Part shown: positions 8,716 to 16,759 of the stretch, piece by piece
Layout: each line of letters starts with the position of its first letter
Position numbering within the stretch: the stretch's first letter is position 1
Virus record (IMG/VR): IMGVR_UViG_3300011335_000270
Location: 1 to 30,969 of that record
DNA length: 30,969 bases
Source of the DNA: a virus
Lineage: Duplodnaviria > Caudoviricetes
Reading direction: 5' to 3' (one strand)
Program-made: the position numbers and the translations under genes
The notes under the pieces: generated by a model
What the model saw: the letters and a program-made list of their open reading frames with translations, nothing else
Told to the model about the DNA's origin: nothing
The model's database searches: none

Positions 8716-9409
8716 TAACATTAGACGTTAAAAAACTCCGTGAATTCGGTGAAAAGCTGAGATGCCAACACCGAGCCAAGCGGCGCAGTTAAAAGGGCGC
8801 TGAAGGTGTAACGACTAGGGCGATGCGGAAGCAAAACCCCACGAGCGCGGAGCGCAAGTATTAACCACAGAGGGGAATCCCAAATGGTAACGATCTACGG
8901 ATTGGAAGATGCGAGCACTGGGGCAGCGTATATTGGCTGCACAGCAGGCAAACCGGGTAAAAGGATGCGAGAGCACCGAAGCCTGTTAAAAGCCGGTAAG
9001 CATACTTCTAGAAGGTTGCAAGCAGCGTGGAACGATCACGCCGGACTGTTTCAAATGAAAGTGCTTGAAACAATGCCGGACACGGTTTCAGTGATTGAGA
9101 AGCGCGAACGCGAAATAGCTTGGATGCGGCAATATGGCGCGCAAGGTCTTTTGTTAAATGAAAATGAAATTTCATTTAGACCACCGCCAGGGGCCCCAGC
9201 AAAAGCAGCAGCGGCAAGGGTAGCGAATGGCTACCGGCCCAGCGCGGAAAGCAACTTAAAACGTAGATTGGCGCAGCTTGGAAAGCCGAAAATGCATGGC
9301 GCAAAGATTAGCGCCACCAAGCGAGCGAAAAACTTGCGATGAGATAGTCTGCTCTGCACATAAAAGGAATGTGCAGGTTTCGGATAAAGAGCCGAAACAT
9401 AACACTAGG
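8716..9409 (+). mobile_element. Group I self-splicing intron (694 nt) in the major capsid gene
   Basis: P1: exon AACGUU pairs with GACGUU (8724-8729), giving the U8715.G8724 wobble. P3 CUCCGUG (8736-42)/CGCGGAG (8846-52). P4 UCGGUG/CACCGA. P6a CGGCGC/GCGCUG. P7 GACUA (8813-17)/UAGUC (9345-49). P8 CGCAAGU (8853-59)/ACUUGCG (9332-38). Two P9 hairpins (9354-9376, 9377-9398). Terminal G9409; removal restores the reading frame. Confidence 0.92.
8884..9342 (+). CDS. Intron-encoded GIY-YIG homing endonuclease
   Basis: TIY-x10-YIG motif, KRMREH (conserved Arg), EREIAWM (catalytic Glu), LLN, and a basic NUMOD3-like C-terminus; sits in the P8 loop. Confidence 0.88.
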   Translation: MVTIYGLEDASTGAAYIGCTAGKPGKRMREHRSLLKAGKHTSRRLQAAWNDHAGLFQMKVLETMPDTVSVIEKREREIAWMRQYGAQGLLLNENEISFRPPPGAPAKAAAARVANGYRPSAESNLKRRLAQLGKPKMHGAKISATKRAKNLR

Positions 9410-10330
9410 ACAAATAACAACGCGCTTCTGCGCCGGCTGAAAGAACGCGGAAACGTTAAAACGTTTTCCGGCGGTAACGTCATCCTGCAAGAGGTAATGT
9501 ACAACGACAGCACGACTAACAATACTAATAGCTACAGTGGCTATGAAGTTTTGAACGTCAGTCAAAACAGCCCGATCAGTGCGGCGCAGTTTGGTATTAC
9601 TCAGTATGCTGCCGCGGTATCGATCAGCGGTCTGGAGATGATTCAGAACAGCGGCAAGGAAGCGATTATCGACCTGCTAGACGGTCGTATGAACGTGGCC
9701 GAAGCGCAGCTGGCTAACCGCATTTCCGGCGACATCTATTTGGATGGAACGGGCAACAGCGGCAAGAACATCACCGGTCTTGCGGCGGCTGTTCCTGATG
9801 CACCTTCGTCCGGCACTTACGGCGGTATCAACCGCGCCAGCTATTCTTTTTGGCAATCGGTTGCTTACTCTGGCGTAACGAACGGTGGCGCTGCTGTAAC
9901 GGCATCCAACATCCAGCAATATATGGATTCGGTTGCTGTTCAGCTGATTCGCGGAACTGATAAACCGGATCTGATTGTTGCTGACAATAACTACTACCGT
10001 CTGTATCTGCAATCGCTGCAATCGATTCAGCGCATTTCTGATTCGGGTTCGTCAATGGCTGGTGCTGGTTTTGCCTCGCTGAAGTACTACGGCGCGGGCA
10101 TGGCATCGGACGTTGTGCTCGATGGCGGTATCGGTTCGGCTGCAACGGCGAATCACATGTGGTTCCTCAATACGAAATACATTTTCTTCCGGCCGCACGT
10201 TGACCGTAATTTTGTACCGATCGGCGGCGAACGGCAAGCCGTCAACCAGGACGCCATCGTTAAATTGATCGGCTGGGCGGGCAATCTTTGCTCTAGCGGC
10301 CCGCAATTTTGCGGCGTGCTGATTGCATAA
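9410..10330 (+). CDS. Major capsid protein, exon 2 (spliced product 333 aa)
   Basis: TNNNALLRRLKERGNVKTFSGG...IYLDGTGNSGKNITGL...MWFLNTKY; position after scaffold. The track's N-terminal 44 aa from 9278 are intron sequence. Confidence 0.9.
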   Translation, partial: TNNNALLRRLKERGNVKTFSGGNVILQEVMYNDSTTNNTNSYSGYEVLNVSQNSPISAAQFGITQYAAAVSISGLEMIQNSGKEAIIDLLDGRMNVAEAQLANRISGDIYLDGTGNSGKNITGLAAAVPDAPSSGTYGGINRASYSFWQSVAYSGVTNGGAAVTASNIQQYMDSVAVQLIRGTDKPDLIVADNNYYRLYLQSLQSIQRISDSGSSMAGAGFASLKYYGAGMASDVVLDGGIGSAATANHMWFLNTKYIFFRPHVDRNFVPIGGERQAVNQDAIVKLIGWAGNLCSSGPQFCGVLIA

Positions 10331-10342
10331 GGAGAATATAAA

Positions 10343-10894
10343 ATGGCCTATACTTTTGTAGAAAATCAAGCCGGTCTGCTGCAAGTTGCGGCAATTGACA
10401 CCGGCGTAACCTCGCCTAGTGGCGTTTCGACTGGCAGCGCGACTGTCATCCCGACGCCACCAAACGTCCTGGGTAAGATCGTGCGCGCTGACGATCCGAC
10501 CTATGGCGAAGGCGAATTCATCATGCTGGTTGGCGTTGCTTCGACGGTGGTCGGTTCGTTGGTCAGTTACAACGCGACGACCTATCAAACGGTTTTGGTG
10601 CCGAACACTGGCAACCAAGCCTGTCCGGTGGCGGTTGCGATGTCAGCCAACTTGGCCGGCACGTTTGGCTGGTATCAAATCGCTGGCAATGCGGTGGTCA
10701 AGAAAACGGCAGTTGCGGTTACGCCGCAAGTGACGCTGTTCCTGTCTGCTACTGCCGGCCGCGTTAAGGTTCTTGCTTCTGCGGGTCTCCAGCTTCTTGG
10801 TGCTCGCTCGGCTAACTTGGCGACGATTGCCTCGACCGTTTCGACGGTTACGGTGACCATCAACCGTCCGCATCTTCAAGGTCAGATCACTTAA
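10343..10894 (+). CDS. Putative capsid decoration/cement protein
   Basis: Directly after the capsid gene with a strong aggag RBS; T/V/A/S-rich beta-type sequence (YGEGEF, FGWYQIAG). Confidence 0.6.
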   Translation: MAYTFVENQAGLLQVAAIDTGVTSPSGVSTGSATVIPTPPNVLGKIVRADDPTYGEGEFIMLVGVASTVVGSLVSYNATTYQTVLVPNTGNQACPVAVAMSANLAGTFGWYQIAGNAVVKKTAVAVTPQVTLFLSATAGRVKVLASAGLQLLGARSANLATIASTVSTVTVTINRPHLQGQIT

Positions 10895-10896
10895 TA

Positions 10897-11691
10897 ATGG
10901 TCGAAGCCGTATTAGATGTTGTTGGAAACACACTCCCCAGCGTAATGCTGGGGAATGTGAAACTGTCTTGCGAAAGGCAGTTGACTTGGTTTGACTTCGA
11001 TACGGAGCCAAACGGCGAAAGCATTTGCATTGTTGGCGGTGCGCCGAGTCTAAATGAGTCGGTGCACCAGCTAATAATTCGACACCAGAATGGCGCTAAA
11101 ATCTGGTCTGTAAACGGATCCTATGACTGGCTACTTGCCCGCGGCATCGTGCCGGATGGGCATGTCATGCTGGATGCTAGGCCAGAAAATGTGCGGTTTC
11201 TGAAGAATCCAAAGCTGGAGACTCAGTTCTACATTGCCAGCCAATGCGATCCTTGCATATTCGACGCTTTAGACGGGTTTAACGTCGATTTGGTGCACGT
11301 ACAGACCGAAGGGGTCTACGAGTATCTGGAGAGCGAAAGAGCGCGCCCTGTGCACCTTATGGGCGGGTTTACGACGGTCGGCATGTTGGCGATGATTCTA
11401 GCCAAGCTCAAGGGCTATCGGCAGATTTATCTGTTTGGCATGGATTCCAGTTATTCAGAGGGCGAGCACCACGTTTACAAGCAGGAATCAAACGACGGCG
11501 AGAACGTAATAACTGCGACTATCCACGAAACAAAATACCAGGCGGCGCCATGGATGTGCCAGCAAGTGCGGGACTTTCAAAACCTTGCCCGCGAGTTTGC
11601 GCAGGAAGATGTTGTAATTGAGGTTTGCGGTCCCGGCTTATTACACGCAATGGCGAAAGCCATGTCTTATCCACTAACTCAAAGGATTTAA
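10897..11691 (+). CDS. DUF115/MptE-like (Maf/Cst-II-like) transferase
   Basis: ICIVGGAPSL, IWSVN, GIVPDGHVMLD, GFTTVG, KGYRQIYLFGMDSSY...H: the motif series of the DUF115/Maf/Cst-II Rossmann-like fold. Confidence 0.7.
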   Translation: MVEAVLDVVGNTLPSVMLGNVKLSCERQLTWFDFDTEPNGESICIVGGAPSLNESVHQLIIRHQNGAKIWSVNGSYDWLLARGIVPDGHVMLDARPENVRFLKNPKLETQFYIASQCDPCIFDALDGFNVDLVHVQTEGVYEYLESERARPVHLMGGFTTVGMLAMILAKLKGYRQIYLFGMDSSYSEGEHHVYKQESNDGENVITATIHETKYQAAPWMCQQVRDFQNLAREFAQEDVVIEVCGPGLLHAMAKAMSYPLTQRI

Positions 11692-11692
11692 A

Positions 11693-12052
11693 ATGGCTAT
11701 TCCTTCACGCGTTCTAGCGTCCGGCAATTCCGGCCTTGCAACTACCAGCATCTGCGGCGATGGCGCTACCGGCCTGGTGGCCGTAGGCTCTACTATTGCT
11801 GACGCGCTGCAACTGTCAGCGGTCTGGAACACGATCACCACCAGCTCGGCATCGACCGGCGTTATTCTGCCGCCGACCGAGGTAGGCGCTATGGTCGGCA
11901 TCCGCAACGATAGCGGCCAAACCGTTACCGTTTATCCGAAATCCGGGTCGACAATCAACGCGGCAGCGTCAACATTGTCTGTTGCAACGGCGAAAACCGT
12001 CATTCTGTTTGCTACGAGCGCAACGACCTGGGCATCGGTTCTGACCGCGTAA
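11693..12052 (+). CDS. Ser/Thr-rich small protein, paralog A (probably virion-associated)
   Basis: 119 aa; aligns end to end with the next ORF. Confidence 0.75.
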   Translation: MAIPSRVLASGNSGLATTSICGDGATGLVAVGSTIADALQLSAVWNTITTSSASTGVILPPTEVGAMVGIRNDSGQTVTVYPKSGSTINAAASTLSVATAKTVILFATSATTWASVLTA

Positions 12053-12417
12053 TGACCATTCCTTCGAGGGTAATGGGCGCCGGGGCTACGTCCCTGATGA
12101 CCGTTGCCGTCTGCGGTGATGGCGTTGATGGGTTGACCGCGGTAGGGTCGACGAGAGCTGACGCGCTGCAACTGACGCGAGTTTACAACTCGGTCGATAC
12201 CGCGGCTGCCGGGACTGGCGTATTGCTTCCTCCCACACAAATGGGAGCAACAATATTTATTGCCAATTCCGGCGCCAACACGATCAAGGTTTATCCGTAC
12301 GACACAGGGTCGACGATCAATCAAACAACGTCGGCTTCGATTGTTAGCAATTTCAGCAGTGTATTTTTTGCAGTATCTGCAACGAAGTGGTACAGCCTGA
12401 CAGGCGCAAGAACTTAA
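12052..12417 (+). CDS. Ser/Thr-rich small protein, paralog B
   Basis: 121 aa; shares IPSRV, CGDG, AVGST.ADALQL, TGV.LPPT, VYP, GSTIN and SAT.W with paralog A. Confidence 0.75.
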   Translation: MTIPSRVMGAGATSLMTVAVCGDGVDGLTAVGSTRADALQLTRVYNSVDTAAAGTGVLLPPTQMGATIFIANSGANTIKVYPYDTGSTINQTTSASIVSNFSSVFFAVSATKWYSLTGART

Positions 12418-12436
12418 TCCCCACAGGAGAAGAAAA

Positions 12437-12970
12437 ATGGCTTTAGACAGTGATGTTTACAACGCTGATTCGCATCTGCATGTTGAGTTTTACGTCAACG
12501 ATCAGAAACCGTATAAAGATCGCCCGACGCCGTTCGTGCGGATTGTCGTGCCGGGTGACAAAACCAACATTGTCGACCAGCCGGTCAGGGAGGATCACAA
12601 GGAACGGTTCCCGCGCCAGTGGTTGTATTTCCAGATGCAAAGCGGCGACGGTCCGGTGATTGGCACACTGCTCGAACAATGGAACACGGACGATGACGAG
12701 GGATTCAACAAGCACCAGATGGCCGAACTCCAGATCCTCAAATTCCAGACCGTTGAACAGGTAGCAACGGCATCCGACAGCCAGCTGCAACGGATCGGCA
12801 TGGGCGGCGCTGGGTTGAGAGACAGAGCACGCGCTTATCTGGCGAGGAAAAACCAATCCGCGAATACCACCGAGCTGGAAACCACGCGCCGCGAGCTGAA
12901 CGAGCTTAAAGAGCAGATGGCGATGCTGATGGAAACCAGAAAGCCCGGAAGGCCGCGTAAAGAGGCGTAA
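12437..12970 (+). CDS. Hypothetical protein with helix-hairpin-helix-like segment and C-terminal coiled coil
   Basis: aggag RBS; LKFQTVEQVATASDSQLQRIGMG resembles HhH-type modules; basic tail RKPGRPRK. Confidence 0.7.
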   Translation: MALDSDVYNADSHLHVEFYVNDQKPYKDRPTPFVRIVVPGDKTNIVDQPVREDHKERFPRQWLYFQMQSGDGPVIGTLLEQWNTDDDEGFNKHQMAELQILKFQTVEQVATASDSQLQRIGMGGAGLRDRARAYLARKNQSANTTELETTRRELNELKEQMAMLMETRKPGRPRKEA

Positions 12971-12972
12971 AT

Positions 12973-13884
12973 ATGTCAAGCACGATGCTTCAGCTGGTGC
13001 AGCAGGTCACAAACGAACTGGGCGTTTCTACGCCCGTTTCGGTTGCTGGCAATACAAATCAGGACGTAATCCAGATACTCGCGCTAATGAACGCGACTGG
13101 CTACGAACTGCTGCGCCGGCACAACTGGCGCGCAATGACGAAGCAAAAGGCTTTCTATACCGAGTATTTGACTACCACCGGCAACTGGACCACGGCAGCC
13201 AGGACGATTACCGGCATTCCGTCGACTGTTGGTCTGGACACGACCTATCAGGTGCAGGGGTCTGGAATCAACCAGAACACGTTTATAGCGTCTGTAGACT
13301 CTGCGACGCAGGTTACGCTTGACCAAGACTTTGCAGCCGCTGGCGGGGCTTCTGCTACTGCCTACTTCCAGAAAATGAAGTATGACTTGCCGAGCGATTA
13401 CGAGGCTTTAGTTCCTCGTACTATGTGGGACAAATCCAAGCATTGGGAAATGCTGGGGCCAGAGGACGCGCAGCAATGGGAATGGCTGCTGTCGGGCTAC
13501 ATCTCAACCGGCCCGCGGATCCGTTGGCGCCTGTTGGGCTCTTACTTCCAAATCTGGCCGGGCACGTCTGCGGCCGAGTATTTAGGGTTTGAGTACCGCT
13601 CAAACGGTTGGGCTAATTCTGCCGCCGGAGCTGTAAAAACGAGCTTCACGGTTGACACCGACACGACAATCTACCCTGACCGGCTAATAGTGCTGTCAAC
13701 AAAGTTAAAATACTTTGAAGCAAAGGGCTTTGACACCACGGCGATGTATCGCAATTATTTGTATGAGCTTGAAGCGGCGATGGCGCTAGACATGTCGTCT
13801 GCTAATCTGAGCTTTGCGCCGCGGCCTGGCACTGTGCTGATCGGCTACGACAACATACCAGACAGCGGGTATGGCCCGAACTAG
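12973..13884 (+). CDS. Putative head-tail adaptor (tail tubular protein A-like)
   Basis: Position before the nozzle gene; N-terminal helix MLQLVQQVTNELG, YDLPSDY, C-terminal helices; contains a T-rich beta insertion. Confidence 0.6.
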   Translation: MSSTMLQLVQQVTNELGVSTPVSVAGNTNQDVIQILALMNATGYELLRRHNWRAMTKQKAFYTEYLTTTGNWTTAARTITGIPSTVGLDTTYQVQGSGINQNTFIASVDSATQVTLDQDFAAAGGASATAYFQKMKYDLPSDYEALVPRTMWDKSKHWEMLGPEDAQQWEWLLSGYISTGPRIRWRLLGSYFQIWPGTSAAEYLGFEYRSNGWANSAAGAVKTSFTVDTDTTIYPDRLIVLSTKLKYFEAKGFDTTAMYRNYLYELEAAMALDMSSANLSFAPRPGTVLIGYDNIPDSGYGPN

Positions 13885-15427
13885 CAGAGCGCTGGTGCAG
13901 CAGACTGCTGCGCGGGTTGCATCTATCCCGGCGCCGGTTGGCGGCTGGAATGCGCGGGATTCCATTGCAAACATGGAGCCCATCGACGCCTACCAGCTGA
14001 CAAACTATTTCCCCGGCGTGAGCAATTTGGTCTTGCGCGGCGGTTATGAGGACTGGGTAACCGGCATCAGCGGCCAGGTGCAGACGCTGGTCAATTATTC
14101 AACCGGCACTACTAATAAACTGTTTGCATGGGCGGGAACATCGATTTATGACGCCACCACGCAGGGCGTTGTCGGAGCAGCTGTTAAGACCGGGCTGACC
14201 AATGCCAAATGGGAGCACATCAACGTCACCACCGCTGCTGGCAGCTATCTCTACTGCGTGAACGGGGTCGATGCGCCGCTGCTCTACAACAATTCAACAT
14301 GGGAAAGCATTACCGGAATTTCGACAATTGCGATCACCGGCGTTACCACCACGACGTTAAGCAATATCTCGTTGTTTAAAAACCGCGTCTGGTTTATTCA
14401 GAAAGACACGCTGAAGGCATGGTATCTGCCGACTGGTGCTGTAGGCGGCGCGGCGCAAGTTCTGGACATGAGCCAGATCGCCAAATACGGCGGCACGTTA
14501 GTTGATCTGGACACTTGGACGCTGGATGCAGGTTACGGCGCGGATGACAACCTGGTGTTTGTAACCAGCAACGGCGAGGTCATCGTCTGGCGCGGCACAG
14601 ATCCGTCGAGCGATGCTACGTGGGCGCTGGCCGGTGTCTGGAAGCTGGGCTCCCCGGTCGGCAAGCGGTGCATGATGAAATACTCCGGCGACCTGTTGAT
14701 AATTACGCTGGACGGATTGCTGCCGCTGGCATCTGCGTTGCAGAGCTCCCGGCTGGATCCGCGGGTGGCTTTGAGCAATAAGATTCAGGGCGCCATCACC
14801 ACAGCGACGGTTAATTACGGGTCAAATTTTGGGTGGGAAATACTGTATTCCTCCAAAAATAACGCGCTGTGGATTAATGTTCCGGTTGCAGAAGGGCAGC
14901 AGCAGCAATTTGTGATGAACAACATCACAAAGGCATGGTGCAATTTCACAGGCTGGAATGCGAACTGTTGGGAAACCTTTAACGACGATCCGTATTTCGG
15001 TGGCAACGGCGGCGTGTTTAAGGGTTGGGACAACGGCTATGTTGATGGTATTGCAAACATTCAAACGACCGTTTTGCAGGCGTTTAATTACTTTGAAAGC
15101 CGCGGCGTAAAGAAGTATTTTACTCGCGCCCGGCCGAGCATTTTTACGGATGGCGTGCCTGCTGTTTTTGTTGGCATGAACGTCGACTTTAACACCGCTG
15201 ACACCACCGCCAGCTTGTCATTCTCCCCGACCGCTGTCGGGCTGTGGGATACGTCTGTTTGGGATACGGGTCTATGGGGTGCCGGGCTTCAGATTACGAA
15301 CAACTGGCAGGGCATTACAGGTATCGGCTATTGCGGCGGGATCCAACTAAAAAGCAGCAGTTCTGGACTGCAAATTGAATGGGCAGCCACGGACGTTGTT
15401 TATCAAGCAGGATGGGCTGGGATATAG
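13871..15427 (+). CDS. Putative tail nozzle/hub (P22 gp10 / T7 gp12-like beta-propeller)
   Basis: 518 aa, W/T/G-rich beta sequence, APVGGWNARD start; follows the adaptor. Confidence 0.65.
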   Translation: MARTSRALVQQTAARVASIPAPVGGWNARDSIANMEPIDAYQLTNYFPGVSNLVLRGGYEDWVTGISGQVQTLVNYSTGTTNKLFAWAGTSIYDATTQGVVGAAVKTGLTNAKWEHINVTTAAGSYLYCVNGVDAPLLYNNSTWESITGISTIAITGVTTTTLSNISLFKNRVWFIQKDTLKAWYLPTGAVGGAAQVLDMSQIAKYGGTLVDLDTWTLDAGYGADDNLVFVTSNGEVIVWRGTDPSSDATWALAGVWKLGSPVGKRCMMKYSGDLLIITLDGLLPLASALQSSRLDPRVALSNKIQGAITTATVNYGSNFGWEILYSSKNNALWINVPVAEGQQQQFVMNNITKAWCNFTGWNANCWETFNDDPYFGGNGGVFKGWDNGYVDGIANIQTTVLQAFNYFESRGVKKYFTRARPSIFTDGVPAVFVGMNVDFNTADTTASLSFSPTAVGLWDTSVWDTGLWGAGLQITNNWQGITGIGYCGGIQLKSSSSGLQIEWAATDVVYQAGWAGI

Positions 15428-15846
15428 TATCCAGTGCTGACGTTGGGCATTGGGTTGCCAAACGTGTAGACGGTGGCTTTTTTGAGGGCAGGGCGACGGC
15501 ATTAGGGTTAAAACGCAATGATGAGATTGTTGCAGGTGTCATGTATGAGAACTGGAACCATAAAAGCATTTGGTGCCATTTCGCTATTGAGGGGCAGCTG
15601 ACTCCGGCCTACTTGGCGGCGATATTTGATTACCCGTTTAACATTTGCCAGGTTGAAAAGATCATTGTGCCGGTTGGCAGCGATAACGAACAAAGCGCAA
15701 AAGTGGTGACGAACATGGGATTTACGGAAGAAGGCCGGATTAAAGAAGGGCGCCCGCATGGCGACATTGTGTTTTACACGCTGCGCCGCGATGACTGCCG
15801 GTTTTTAGGTCAACGATATAGTAAAAGGATATCAAATCATGGGTAA
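15412..15846 (+). CDS. GNAT-fold acetyltransferase-like tail assembly protein
   Basis: FDYPFNICQVEKI...NEQSAKVVTNMGFTEEGRIK (RimJ/RimL-like). Start uncertain (15379 or 15412). Confidence 0.75.
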   Translation: MGWDIVSSADVGHWVAKRVDGGFFEGRATALGLKRNDEIVAGVMYENWNHKSIWCHFAIEGQLTPAYLAAIFDYPFNICQVEKIIVPVGSDNEQSAKVVTNMGFTEEGRIKEGRPHGDIVFYTLRRDDCRFLGQRYSKRISNHG

Positions 15847-16747
15847 ATCCGCACCGGCCGCACCACCACCGCCAGACTATACCGGCGCTGCGCAAGCGCA
15901 GGGCGCTGCTAATGAGGCTACGGCTCGTTTGCAGGGTCGCATCAATAATCCAAACGTCAGCGGCCCACTTGGTGGCCAGACGGTTACTTTTGGCACAAAC
16001 GACCAGCCGACGATCACGCAAACGCTGACGCCTGACGCGCTGGCCGCTTTGCAGGCTCAACAGCGGGTGCAGAAGTCGCTGGCCAACCTGGGCGAGCAAG
16101 GCATCGGAACAGCTAGGACTGCTCTGGCGACGCCGTTTGCTCCGACGAGCCCGGCATTGCAGACCAGTATTGATACGTCAAACCTTGCCAGAATGCCGGT
16201 TAATGCTGGCACGACCGGGCAAGAGGCGATTATGGCGCGCTTGCAACCGCAGATTGAGCGCATGGACGCGCAGACTAGGACCAGGCTGGCCAATCAAGGG
16301 CTGGTGCCGGGCGGCGAGGCTTACGGGAACGCAATGCGGGACGTAAACCAGCAAAAGAACGACCTGCTTTCGCAAGCGGCATTGTCTGGCATTGGGTTGG
16401 ATACCGGCGCCAGAGCGCAGGGATTTAACGAAGCAAGCGCGCAGATGGGCGCGCAGAACGCAGCCCAGCAGGCCGAGCTGCAGCGGCAGTCATTCTTGCG
16501 CCAGCAGCCGCTTAACGAAATTACGGGGCTGATGTCCGGTTCGCAGATCCAGATGCCGCAATTTCAAGGTTACCAGCCGACCAATATTGCGCCGGCACCC
16601 ATATTTGCAGGAGCTCAAGCAGCTGGCCAGGCGGCGATGGATCAATACGGCATCCAGTCTGCAAACGCTAATGCTGCAAATGCCGGGCTGTATGGGGCGC
16701 TAGGAACGGCTGGGGGGTTGGCTGGTAGATACGCATTTGGTCGATAA
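15839..16747 (+). CDS. Putative DNA ejection/pilot (internal virion) protein
   Basis: MGKSAPAAPPPPDY start, Q/A/G-rich helices, C-terminal Gly-rich hydrophobic segment; position after tail genes. Confidence 0.6.
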   Translation: MGKSAPAAPPPPDYTGAAQAQGAANEATARLQGRINNPNVSGPLGGQTVTFGTNDQPTITQTLTPDALAALQAQQRVQKSLANLGEQGIGTARTALATPFAPTSPALQTSIDTSNLARMPVNAGTTGQEAIMARLQPQIERMDAQTRTRLANQGLVPGGEAYGNAMRDVNQQKNDLLSQAALSGIGLDTGARAQGFNEASAQMGAQNAAQQAELQRQSFLRQQPLNEITGLMSGSQIQMPQFQGYQPTNIAPAPIFAGAQAAGQAAMDQYGIQSANANAANAGLYGALGTAGGLAGRYAFGR

Positions 16748-16759
16748 TAGGGCGCTCAC

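Noticed and set aside
8716-8718. Stop-codon readthrough or genetic-code reassignment in the capsid gene
   Set aside because: All other genes are intact under the standard bacterial code, and the intron explains the stop.
9354-9398. Two hairpins that could be terminators
   Set aside because: No proper U-tract, and they sit between P7 and the terminal G, where the P9 domain is expected.
9278-9409. ORF-track start of the 350-aa capsid ORF
   Set aside because: These 44 codons overlap the endonuclease gene and the P8/P7/P9 intron elements. The real N-terminus is exon 1 at 8635.
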